Assembly (NCBI GenBank): GCA_001661245.1
Contig: KV454012.1
Location: 650,147-714,146, forward strand
Reading direction: 5' to 3'
DNA: 64,000 nt
Source of the DNA: Pachysolen tannophilus NRRL Y-2460
Lineage: Eukaryota
This document shows, piece by piece, positions 12,621 through 22,467 of the stretch. Position 1 is the stretch's first letter; each line of letters begins with the position of its first letter. The notes beneath the pieces were generated by a model, which had not been told where the DNA came from, did not search any database, and saw only the letters and a list, made by a program, of their open reading frames with translations. Made by a program: the position numbers and the translations under genes.

Positions 12621-12857
12621 TTACTTATTTTTTTTTTTAACTTCTTTCTTCTTATTAGTTCAAAAATTAAAATCAATATATATTTTCTAATCCAAAGTTT
12701 TTAAATAATCTTTCAAAAATCTCTTTGATCTTTAAATAATTTTTGATTATAAAAACTTGATTAATACCAATAGTTTTATATAATAAGTTATATATCATCA
12801 ATTGAATTTTATTGAAAAATTTTTTTTTATAGTGCAATTTAACAAGTCGTGTTCAAA

Positions 12858-12866
12858 ATGACTCAT
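12858..12866. promoter_or_regulatory. Perfect Gcn4 site ATGACTCAT upstream of ARO4
   Basis: Exact consensus about 240 bp upstream of the ARO4 ATG. Confidence 0.75.
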
Positions 12867-12947
12867 TTGATTGGTACAACTGTTTAAAACGACAACGACG
12901 ACAAGAAAGAGAAGGAAGAGAAGAGGTTTAGTTGATTAGTTGGGACA

Positions 12948-14000
12948 ATGGTTTTGCATAATAGCAAGTGGGATAAGAAGGCCAAGAAGAATTATGAGAG
13001 AAAACATGGGATCAGTAATAGTTCCAAGTTAACAGATGACATTGATAAGAATAGAATTAACACTGCAGAAAAGCTGCATTTTGTTCAAAATAGATATGAT
13101 GCTGAATCGAGTGCAGAAGAAGAAGAAAAAGAAGGAGTTTCTTCCGATAGCGGTGATGATAAGTCTAATAAGTCTGATAAGTCTGATAAGTCTGATGAAT
13201 TTGAAGAGTCTGAAGAGTCCAGTACCGATACACGAGGACCTAGGCAGAAAGTTTTACAATCCAATGATTGGAGATATAGAGAACTTCCTAAAGAAGATGA
13301 TTTTATGGATTTAGATCTCACGAATTTGAAAATCAAAGAATTTAAAACCGTCAAGCAGTTGAAAGACGTGAACAAGTTATCTGCATCAGATTTGAAGAAT
13401 TTAAGAATAGGTGGGAACCAGGACAATAACAATGATAAGAAATCACATGTTTTCTATTTGGATGATGCAAAATCTAAAGAAGAATTTTATGATCTTGAAA
13501 AAAAAGCCGAAAGAATGAAAATTTACAGAGAAATTAAAGAAAAATTTGGACAAGAGCCTAATAAGAACAACACTAGAAACATCAATATCAATAACTCGGA
13601 GAACCTGACAAAAGTTCTTGATTTAAGATCAAATAACGATATCTCAAACGCTCTTGACAAGAAATTACACAAAATACAAAAAGAAACTTACCGAGCAGAT
13701 CAAGATAAATATCAGAATCATGATAATAATAATAATTTTGATGCTGACTTGAATGAATTACTAGGTCTCTCACACAATTCAAACCATGAAACCGTTAAAG
13801 ACAAATCCTCTAATACTGAGACCAATATTGACGATTTTTTACATAGCTTAAAAACCAATACAACACCTACGGAACCACCAAAACCATCATCAGAACAACA
13901 ACACAAATCTAAACCCCATTCCATCGAACCCAACCACTCTAACCACTCCAATTCCAAGACAGAAGACGAAGACTTCTTGGACTCTTTACTCAAACTATAG
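12948..14000 (+). CDS. YER034W-like hydrophilic protein (AVEN-like motifs)
   Basis: Basic N-terminus (RKH), LQSNDWRY-E motif and C-terminal EDFLDSLL. Adjacent to ARB1/EDC as YER034W is in S. cerevisiae. Confidence 0.6.
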   Translation: MVLHNSKWDKKAKKNYERKHGISNSSKLTDDIDKNRINTAEKLHFVQNRYDAESSAEEEEKEGVSSDSGDDKSNKSDKSDKSDEFEESEESSTDTRGPRQKVLQSNDWRYRELPKEDDFMDLDLTNLKIKEFKTVKQLKDVNKLSASDLKNLRIGGNQDNNNDKKSHVFYLDDAKSKEEFYDLEKKAERMKIYREIKEKFGQEPNKNNTRNININNSENLTKVLDLRSNNDISNALDKKLHKIQKETYRADQDKYQNHDNNNNFDADLNELLGLSHNSNHETVKDKSSNTETNIDDFLHSLKTNTTPTEPPKPSSEQQHKSKPHSIEPNHSNHSNSKTEDEDFLDSLLKL

Positions 14001-14041
14001 ACCGATGCCCTTGTCCGGGTAAAGTTTCCATTTTTTGTTAG

Positions 14042-14051
14042 TGAAAAATTT
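14042..14051 (+). promoter_or_regulatory. RRPE element upstream of ARB1
   Basis: TGAAAAATTT upstream of a ribosome-biogenesis gene. Confidence 0.55.
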
Positions 14052-14213
14052 TTTAGTTTCACGACCTTTTTTTGATGGTTTTTTTTTTTGTAGAAGAAGA
14101 ACGGCGATGTGTATAATAGAAATGAATAGAATATAATTATATATATATATTTATTAATTGATTCGATTATTTAAAAATAGTTGTTTTGGAATAATTAGGA
14201 TTGAAGGTTGAAT

Positions 14214-15995
14214 ATGTCGGTTTCAGCATCAAAGGCTAAGAGAGAAGCAAAAAGAGTTGCTCAAGGTAAAAAAACTAAGAAGACCAAGAATGAGGTTGAA
14301 GAAGCAGCTGAAGAAATTGCAAATTTGAAATTACAACAGGATAAGCATGGTATATCTGATAGGGTTACTACTGGTGTTTTAGATTCTTTGGAAACTTCTA
14401 GGGATATTAAATTATCTTCTGTATCGTTATTGTTTCATGGTAAAGTTTTGATTCAAGATTCTACTTTAGAATTAAATTATGGAAGACGTTATGGTTTATT
14501 AGGTGAGAATGGGTGTGGTAAATCCACTTTATTAAATGCTATTGCAGCAAGAGAATTCCCAATCCCGGCGAATATAGATATTTACTTGTTGAATGAACCA
14601 GCAGAACCAACTGAATATTCAGCATTAGAATATGTTGTTAGAGAAGCTGAACATGAATTACTGAGATTAGAAAAACAAGTTGAAGATATAATTGTTGAAG
14701 ATGGTCCTGAATCATTACTTTTAGATCCTTTATATGAAAGAATTGATTCTCTTGATCCTTCAACTTTTGAATCTAGAGCAGCTGTTATCTTGACTGGTTT
14801 AGGTTTTAACCCAAAAACAATTCAAAAAAAGACAAAAGATATGTCTGGTGGTTGGAGAATGCGTGTTGCTCTTTCAAAAGCTTTATTTGTTAAACCAACC
14901 TTATTATTATTGGATGATCCAACTGCTCATTTAGATTTGGAAGCATGTGTTTGGTTGGAAGAATACTTAAAAAGATTTGATCGTACATTAGTTCTTGTTT
15001 CTCATTCTATGGATTTCTTAAATGGTGTATGTACAAACATGATTGATATGAGATTACAAAAAATTGCAATGTATGGTGGTAATTATGATTCTTATATTAA
15101 GACAAGATCAGAATTAGAAACAAATCAAATGAAACAATATCAAAAACAACAAGATGAAATTCAACATATAAAAAAATTTATTGCATCTGCAGGTACTTAT
15201 GCTAATTTAGTTAGACAAGCAAAATCAAGACAAAAAATTTTAGATAAAATGGAAGCTGATGGTTTAATTCAACCAGTAGTTCCAGATAGAGTTTTCTCTT
15301 TTAGATTTGCAGATGTTGAAAAATTACCACCACCAGTTTTATCATTTGATGATATTTCATTTTCTTATGATGGTAATCCAGAAAATAATTTATATGAAAA
15401 TTTGTCATTTGGTGTTGATATGGATTCAAGAATTGCATTGGTTGGTCCAAATGGTGTTGGAAAATCAACTTTATTAAAAATTATGACTGGTCAATTACAA
15501 CCACAAAGTGGTAGAGTCTCAAAACATACACATATCAAAATGGGTGTTTACTCACAACATTCTGCAGATCAATTAGATTTAACAAAAACTCCATTAGAGT
15601 TTGTTCGTGATAAATTCTCAAGCATTTCTCAAGATTTCCAATATTGGAGACAACAATTAGGAAGATATGGTTTAACTGGTGAAGGTCAAACAGCGCAAAT
15701 GGCCACTCTTTCCGAAGGTCAACGTTCAAGAGTTGTTTTCGCTTTATTGGCATTAGAAAGTCCTAATATTTTACTTTTAGATGAACCTACAAACGGTTTA
15801 GATATCCCAACCATTGATTCTTTAGCTGATGCCATTAACGCCTTCAGCGGTGGTGTTGTTGTTGTTTCACATGATTTCCGTCTTTTAGATAAAATTGCCA
15901 AAGACATCTTTGTCGTTGAAAACAAAACCGCTACAAGATGGGATGGTAGTATCTCACAATATAAGCAAAAATTGGCAAAGAATGTTGTTTTATGA
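14214..15995 (+). CDS. ARB1: ABCF-family ATPase Arb1
   Basis: Two ABC domains (GENGCGKST, GPNGVGKST), no TM segments, and FIASAGTYANLV. ATG at 14214. Confidence 0.95.
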   Translation: MSVSASKAKREAKRVAQGKKTKKTKNEVEEAAEEIANLKLQQDKHGISDRVTTGVLDSLETSRDIKLSSVSLLFHGKVLIQDSTLELNYGRRYGLLGENGCGKSTLLNAIAAREFPIPANIDIYLLNEPAEPTEYSALEYVVREAEHELLRLEKQVEDIIVEDGPESLLLDPLYERIDSLDPSTFESRAAVILTGLGFNPKTIQKKTKDMSGGWRMRVALSKALFVKPTLLLLDDPTAHLDLEACVWLEEYLKRFDRTLVLVSHSMDFLNGVCTNMIDMRLQKIAMYGGNYDSYIKTRSELETNQMKQYQKQQDEIQHIKKFIASAGTYANLVRQAKSRQKILDKMEADGLIQPVVPDRVFSFRFADVEKLPPPVLSFDDISFSYDGNPENNLYENLSFGVDMDSRIALVGPNGVGKSTLLKIMTGQLQPQSGRVSKHTHIKMGVYSQHSADQLDLTKTPLEFVRDKFSSISQDFQYWRQQLGRYGLTGEGQTAQMATLSEGQRSRVVFALLALESPNILLLDEPTNGLDIPTIDSLADAINAFSGGVVVVSHDFRLLDKIAKDIFVVENKTATRWDGSISQYKQKLAKNVVL

Positions 15996-16380
15996 AAAGT
16001 TTTATTTTCTTTATTTTTCTTTTTCCTTTTTTTTTATTTGTTTTTTTGTTTTTGTTTTTTTTTTCTTTTTCTTTTGAAATATTTATTCTCTTATTATTCT
16101 CTTACCATCTATCATCATATATATATATTATCTTTGTGATTTTAACTGATTTCTTGTTCTCGTCTTAATTGTTAATAAAATTGTACGTGAAAATTCAAAG
16201 TAGTGCAATTGAAATCCAAACCTCCAATTTACCAAATTCTTAGTATTAAAGGTTGGAATAGACAAAACAGAAGGTTGTTATATAAATATATATATATATA
16301 TAGATAATAGTTTGTTAATTAATCAATTAATATTTTTATTTCCACAAATTGCTGTTTGTTAATTAAATTTATGGATCAAA

Positions 16381-17036
16381 ATGGAGTCTTATGAGGTATG
16401 ATATGTTTTTAAAAAAAGGGGATAGATTTTTATTAAAATTTCAATTTAAATTCTAACGATTATTTGTAGTTAATTGATAGTGACCCATCGTTTAATCGTG
16501 TTGTCAGATATATGAGATTTTCGGATTATGCTTCTTGGATTCTGGGGACAGCAGGTGCACCAGGATTGCTTCTTCTTTTTGAAAAACTTGAGCCATTAGA
16601 GGGTAAGACTTTTAAAATGCCACTGGCATCATTATTAAGAGTTTCTACTACTGTGGGGTTTATTGGTGGATTTCTTTATGCTTATTCTTCTTCAACAAAA
16701 AGATTTTGGGGATGGACTGAGAATTCAAAAGAAGTTAGCAAAGATCGTTATGAAGTTAAGAAACTGCTTTCTGCAAAACAATCTCCTTGGGGGAAATCAA
16801 GATTATCACCTTATCAACAAGATATGAGTAGTAAGAATTCTCAAAATTCTCAATTGTTATTATCAATTTTCCCATGGTTTAACTTTACTAGTCATCAAAA
16901 TCATGGTATTGATTTAAGAAAATATTACGAGGTTAGACAAGGTGAAGAGAAATGGGGATTTGAATTACCACCTTTAGAAGAAGTTAATGACTTAGCTGTT
17001 GGAAACCAATTTAAAGTTTACACCAATTATCCATAA
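16381..17036 (+). CDS. Complex I accessory subunit NUXM (21 kDa); exons 16381-16395 and 16470-17036
   Basis: Intron 16396-16469 (GTATGA...TTCTAAC...TAG). Splicing gives MESYE|LIDSDPSFNRVVRYMRFSDY. Family motifs RFWGWTEN and PWFNF..H.NHG are present. Confidence 0.85.
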
Positions 17037-17077
17037 GTGAATACTCTTTTAACACAGGATTAACAATTATATTTACC

Positions 17078-17108
<31 letters not shown>

Positions 17109-17201
17109 TCTTTATTTATTTTATTTAGCAATACTACTACAATTGATCTCGGTAACCCAACTAAAGAATTTATTAATTAATAATCCATCTGTAATGAGTT
17201 G

Positions 17202-17259
<58 letters not shown>

Positions 17260-17863
17260 NNNNNNNNNNNNNNNNNNNNNNNNNNNNNNNNNNNNNNNNN
17301 NNNNNNNNNNNNNNNNNNNNNNNNNNNNNNNNNNNNNNNNNNNNNNNNNNNNNNNNNNNNNNNNNNNNNNNNNNNNNNNNNNNNNNNNNNNNNNNNNNNN
17401 NNNNNNNNNNNNNNNNNNNNNNNNNNNNNNNNNNNNNNNNNNNNNNNNNNNNNNNNNNNNNNNNNNNNNNNNNNNNNNNNNNNNNNNNNNNNNNNNNNNN
17501 NNNNNNNNNNNNNNNNNNNNNNNNNNNNNNNNNNNNNNNNNNNNNNNNNNNNNNNNNNNNNNNNNNNNNNNNNNNNNNNNNNNNNNNNNNNNNNNNNNNN
17601 NNNNNNNNNNNNNNNNNNNNNNNNNNNNNNNNNNNNNNNNNNNNNNNNNNNNNNNNNNNNNNNNNNNNNNNNNNNNNNNNNNNNNNNNNNNNNNNNNNNN
17701 NNNNNNNNNNNNNNNNNNNNNNNNNNNNNNNNNNNNNNNNNNNNNNNNNNNNNNNNNNNNNNNNNNNNNNNNNNNNNNNNNNNNNNNNNNNNNNNNNNNN
17801 NNNNNNNNNNNNNNNNNNNNNNNNNNNNNNNNNNNNNNNNNNNNNNNNNNNNNNNNNNNNNNN
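17260..17863. other. Assembly gap (N run) flanked by long poly(A) tracts
   Basis: N run preceded by about 58 A residues. Confidence 0.99.
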
Positions 17864-18262
17864 TTAAAAAAAAAAAAAAAAAAAAAATCAAAAAAAAAAG
17901 CAAAAAAAAAAAAAAATACATACAATTGGTAAAAACAAAAACTCCCCTATTCATAATAAAAAGCCTTAACGTTTCAATCAAAGGAATTCATGGATTGATG
18001 GATGAAACCTCCATAAATGCCACTGAACCAAAAAAGTAAAAAAAAAAAAAAAGATAAATAAATAACAGAAAAGCAAACAAAACAAAACAAATAAAAAAAA
18101 ATCAAATCAAAAAAAAAACAACAGAAAATCAATAAACTCAACGCAACATAACATGAATCAAAAAAAAAATCATGATGAACACAAAGAAATGAAAACAGTA
18201 AACAAAAAAATGAAAATGTAAAGAACTAAAATGCATATATTTTAAAAAACAAATATTTATTC

Positions 18263-18745
18263 TCAATGTTTACCTCCTAAAAAAGTTGGTTTAGGTAAAG
18301 AAATTGCTGAAGGAGATGAATAGTTAAATGAGTTACCTGCATATGCGTCACCAGTTTTGATCCTTGACGTTGAAGAAACAGATATATCCGATGTATGTGG
18401 TCGTTGACCATGATAATAGTTATAATTATTACCGTTATTATTATTTCCACCTTCTTTTTTCTTTGTAGTTGAGTTTTCATCACTATTACGACTAAAAGAA
18501 TATGAAGAGTCAGAACTTGAAACAGAACTTCCACCTCCATTTAATAAAGACATCAAATCATTTGAAGCCTCTTCTTTTGTATTTTTATAATTTTTCCGTA
18601 ATGTTGCTCTATTTTTATGAGAATCTTTGTTATTACCAAAATTTGGTTTTTCTCCATTAGGTAACAGTTGAACAGAATATTCATTTTCCTTTTTAAGATA
18701 AACATTGTTGTTACCTTTAGATATAGACTTTTTCCTTTGATGAAC

Positions 18746-18778
<33 letters not shown>

Positions 18779-19216
18779 GTTATTGTTATTGTTATTGTTA
18801 TTGTTGTTGTCATTTACAGAGCCAAAATCGGGGGAAGACCCATTCGGTAACCTTGGTTTTTGTGAATTCACTGATGATGACGATGGAGACCTTTTACTTC
18901 TTGGCCTCTTATCATTATAACCGTACCCATGTCCATTACCGTTATTGGAAGGATTACTACCAAAATTAACCTGAACCACAGGCGGTGGAATCGCTATAGG
19001 TGGAGGCCTGCTACCATTTTTGTTGTTATTACTATTAGAGCTACCACTTGAACTCACTGACCTTTTATTATTATTATTATTATGATTATGACCTGAAGCA
19101 ACTTTCGAATTCGTCAACGGCGGCGAACCCAGCTGAGACTTCTTCTTCGAACCTGGAGGTGAAGACTTATTTGAACCAATATTATTATTATTATTATTAT
19201 TATAACTATTTGCCAT
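18263..19216 (-). CDS. Edc1/Edc2-type mRNA decapping activator
   Basis: Disordered Asn/Ser-rich protein ending YAGNSF...SP...LPKPTF (decapping-activation YAGxxF plus Dcp1-binding LPxP). Syntenic with ARB1, like EDC2. Confidence 0.8.
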
Positions 19217-19937
19217 CACCTATTATTTATATTATTTATTATTTATTTATCTGGTATTTAAAATTTTCCTATGTTATAAACACTATTATATCACTCTTAA
19301 CACTATTGTAAACTTTTTCAAAACTAGATGTATATTTCATTTGAAGAAACAATAAATATATGATTTAATCTTATTACTATCTCTAAATAATACTATTTGA
19401 TTACAGTATTAAATATTAATATATTAATTATATTAAATAAATTAAATATATTAATATTCGTATAAAAGAAATAAGAAATAGAAATAGTCAAGGTTTCCCA
19501 TCCATCAGGTCAGTCAGTCAGTTTTTTTTTTCTTTTCTTTCTTTTTTCCTTAAAACAGAAAATCCACAAAATATGCGTTGCGCTATTGACACGTGTAGGA
19601 GAAGAAAGTTCTGGGCCTGGGAATTAGCAGAACAAAGCGGGAACCTCCGATTTTGGGCGGAACAATTTTGGCTGAACACTGAGGGCGGCTGGCGGATGGG
19701 CGGGAAAGAAAATCTATTTGGCGGAAGCCACCGCCCAAAAGGTGGTAGAGACTCCTACTCTCTTACCCACCCACCTACCTACCTACCTACCTGGGGGAAG
19801 TACATATAAGAAGTAATTACAATAGCAACTAACTAACTACAAGAGCGATAACGCCAAAGATTTTTTTTTTTTTTTTTTTTAGCAAAATGTATTTATTACA
19901 AAGAATGAATTTTTAAGCTATATGAGTATGAAATCGT

Positions 19938-20591
19938 TTAATAGATTCTGAAAGCTGGACCCATGGTAGATTTAATAACCAAGGAACCAACATTTTGCCA
20001 GTTTTTCTTTAATAAAGAGACTAAAAAGTTTGAAGACATTAAAACTTGGTTAACCAAGATATCTTCTTCCATCTCAACGTTACCAACAGCAACAGCTAAA
20101 CATAAAACTTTTTTCAATTGGAACTTGATGGTAGATTTAACATCGTTAACTTTTTGGTATAAATCATCATTATGAGAAACTGGAGTTGGGAATTTACCAG
20201 CTTTTGATAATTGAGGACCTAATAATCTTGGAACTTGCTTGATTAAAACATCAGAAGCAACAAAAGCATTATATTTCTTTGCCAATTTCTTAATCAATTT
20301 CTTGTTCTTGTTTAATTTTTTCAAATCTTCAACTGACATAGCATCAATACCTAATGATTTAGCTCTATCAACATCAAAAGCATCACCAAAGATACAAATA
20401 GTCATGTTTGGTCTTGGAACTTGAGGTAATTTTAAAGTACCAGAGAAACGCTTATCTCTTTGAGGATCATAATTCTTTAAACCAACTTGTAATTCAACAG
20501 TTTCTAAAAAGTTTCTCTTCTTAGTTTCAGAAGAGTACTTTAATAACTCTTGAACGTTTTCACGAACAGTACTGGTAGCTAACTTGGACAT
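19938..20591 (-). CDS. RPL1: 60S ribosomal protein L1 (uL1)
   Basis: [28 protein letters not shown]; 217 aa; strong codon bias. Confidence 0.98.
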   Translation of the reverse strand: MSKLATSTVRENVQELLKYSSETKKRNFLETVELQVGLKNYDPQRDKRFSGTLKLPQVPRPNMTICIFGDAFDVDRAKSLGIDAMSVEDLKKLNKNKKLIKKLAKKYNAFVASDVLIKQVPRLLGPQLSKAGKFPTPVSHNDDLYQKVNDVKSTIKFQLKKVLCLAVAVGNVEMEEDILVNQVLMSSNFLVSLLKKNWQNVGSLVIKSTMGPAFRIY

Positions 20592-20830
20592 CTTTGCTAT
20601 CTAAAATATATCGTCTCCCTAAAGAATAGGTAATACCTTAAATTGGTTGATTCGACGAAGATAGAGATTTAAATAAATAAAAAAGGCAAAAAGGAAAAAG
20701 GAAAAGAAAAAAAAAAAGAAGAAAAATTTTTTAAAACAACAAAGTGTAAAACACTTGAAAAGAACTACTAACTTTCCAAAAGGATATGATACTCATAAAA
20801 ATTTTTTGCGTGAAAAATTATTTAGGTGAG

Positions 20831-20900
20831 GTCACATGAGCACAAACAGCCATACACCACAATTGCCTGCTTTTTCTCCTGACATAGGGCTCTACCCTAA
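20831..20900. promoter_or_regulatory. Ribosomal-protein promoter module: GTCACATG (Cbf1/Homol-D-like) plus inverted TAGGG-N5-CCCTAA (Tbf1-like)
   Basis: Motifs at 20831-20838 and 20885-20900, upstream of RPL1. Confidence 0.55.
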
Positions 20901-21192
20901 TATAAAGTTCAAATAAGTTCTCTTCGTGGTGTGCGGATGCAAAAGAGAAAAAGGCAAAAAAAAAAAAAGAAAAACACAAATTACTTAAAACGGACATTGA
21001 TATTGGTAAACACTACCTAAGTTGAAGAGTTTCTTCTTCGTTTCCTTTTTGGGGTATTTGATATTTGAATGGACGACCTTTGTTTTATACCTCTTTTAAA
21101 ACCAAAGTTGAGTGAAGTTGGTGGTATTAAAGATTGATTAACAGTTTTGTTTTTCTTTTTTCGAAAGTGTTGTTTGTAATATATATGCTAGA

Positions 21193-22273
21193 ATGATAAT
21201 GATGCTTCAGATAAACAATAGGAATTTGTTTCACCGAAGCAATGGAGATATAATATTTAAACTGGTAGTTTCTGCTAAGTTTTATTCGTCATCTTCATCT
21301 TCATCATCTGCATCTTCACATAGATGGCTTAATAGGGCTAATTCTGATCATTATACTAGGGAAGCTAAGCTGAAAAATTATAGATCAAGAGCAGCATTTA
21401 AGTTACTTCAGATTAATGAGAAATTTAAGATTTTTAATAATAAAGTTCCAATGAATGTTGTAGATTTAGGATTTGCGCCTGGAGCGTGGTCTCAAGTTGC
21501 ACATGATAAGACAAATATTAAAAGCATAATATTAGGAATTGACATACTTCCTTGTAAACCTATAAAAGGAGTGAGTGCAATGCAAGCGAATATCTTATCG
21601 AAACAAACACATGAAAATATTAGAAAATTTTTTGCAGAAAAGGTTAGCTCGGCAGATGAAGAGTTGATAAATGATTTCCAATCGGTGGAACAAAAATCCT
21701 ATATTGAAACTGAATTAGAAAGAAATGTTACAACTAATGAAAATGATAGTAATATAGAGAATGGGAAATATTTAGATGAAAAGAATAAAGTGGTAGCTTT
21801 GACGCGGCAACCAATTGATGTGGTAATTAGTGATATGTGCGCACCTTTTTATCAAGAAACAGGTTTTTGGAATCAGACTACTAACTTGCCTTATTATAGG
21901 ATGAGCAATACAACGGGACTAGCTATTAGAGATCATTTGATGAGTATGGTAAGTAAACAAAAAATAACTTGAAGAAGCAGAAAAAGAAAGATTTTACCAA
22001 GACAAGCCAAAGATTGATTTCTAACACAAAATATAGGATTTATGTGATGCTGCTTTGATATTAGCAATTGATTTGTTAAAACCAAAGGGCTCATTTGTAT
22101 GCAAGTTCTACACGGGTAAGGAAGATAAATTGCTAGAGAAAAGATTGAGCAAAGTTTTTTCAAAAGTCAATAGATTCAAACCAGATGCTTGTAGACTTGA
22201 ATCAAAAGAATGTTATTTTGTTTGTTTGGATAAGAAAAAAAATGTTGATAAAATTGAGGTTTTCAAAAATTGA
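21193..22273 (+). CDS. MRM2: Mitochondrial 21S rRNA 2'-O-methyltransferase; exons 21193-21948 and 22037-22273
   Basis: RSRAAFKL and DLGFAPGAWSQ motifs. Intron 21949-22036 (GTAAGT...TTCTAAC...TAG) joins DHLMSM|DLCDAAL in frame. Confidence 0.92.
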
Positions 22274-22467
22274 ATTAGGTGATTTGAGTGATGTAAATAG
22301 ATAAAAAAAACATTCGATTAACAATTATAAAAACACAATTAGTACAAAAGTAAACATTATGTTTTGAAAAAATGAGTCTTGTCCAGATTCTTTTTTGAAA
22401 TATATATATATATATATTTATATATTTTTTTTTTTTTTTTCATTTTTTATTTTTCCAATATTCTATT

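Noticed and set aside
17121..17981. ORFs through the N gap; poly(A) as a retroelement tail
   Set aside because: The ORFs are artefacts of N and homopolymer runs. No retroelement sequence is visible and the gap content is unknown.
19573..19809. 78-aa ORF over the GC-rich island
   Set aside because: No recognisable motif and atypical codon usage. It is open because GC-rich DNA lacks stop codons.
21933..22273. MRM2 as a frameshifted pseudogene or programmed frameshift
   Set aside because: The split is fully explained by a canonical GT-AG intron.
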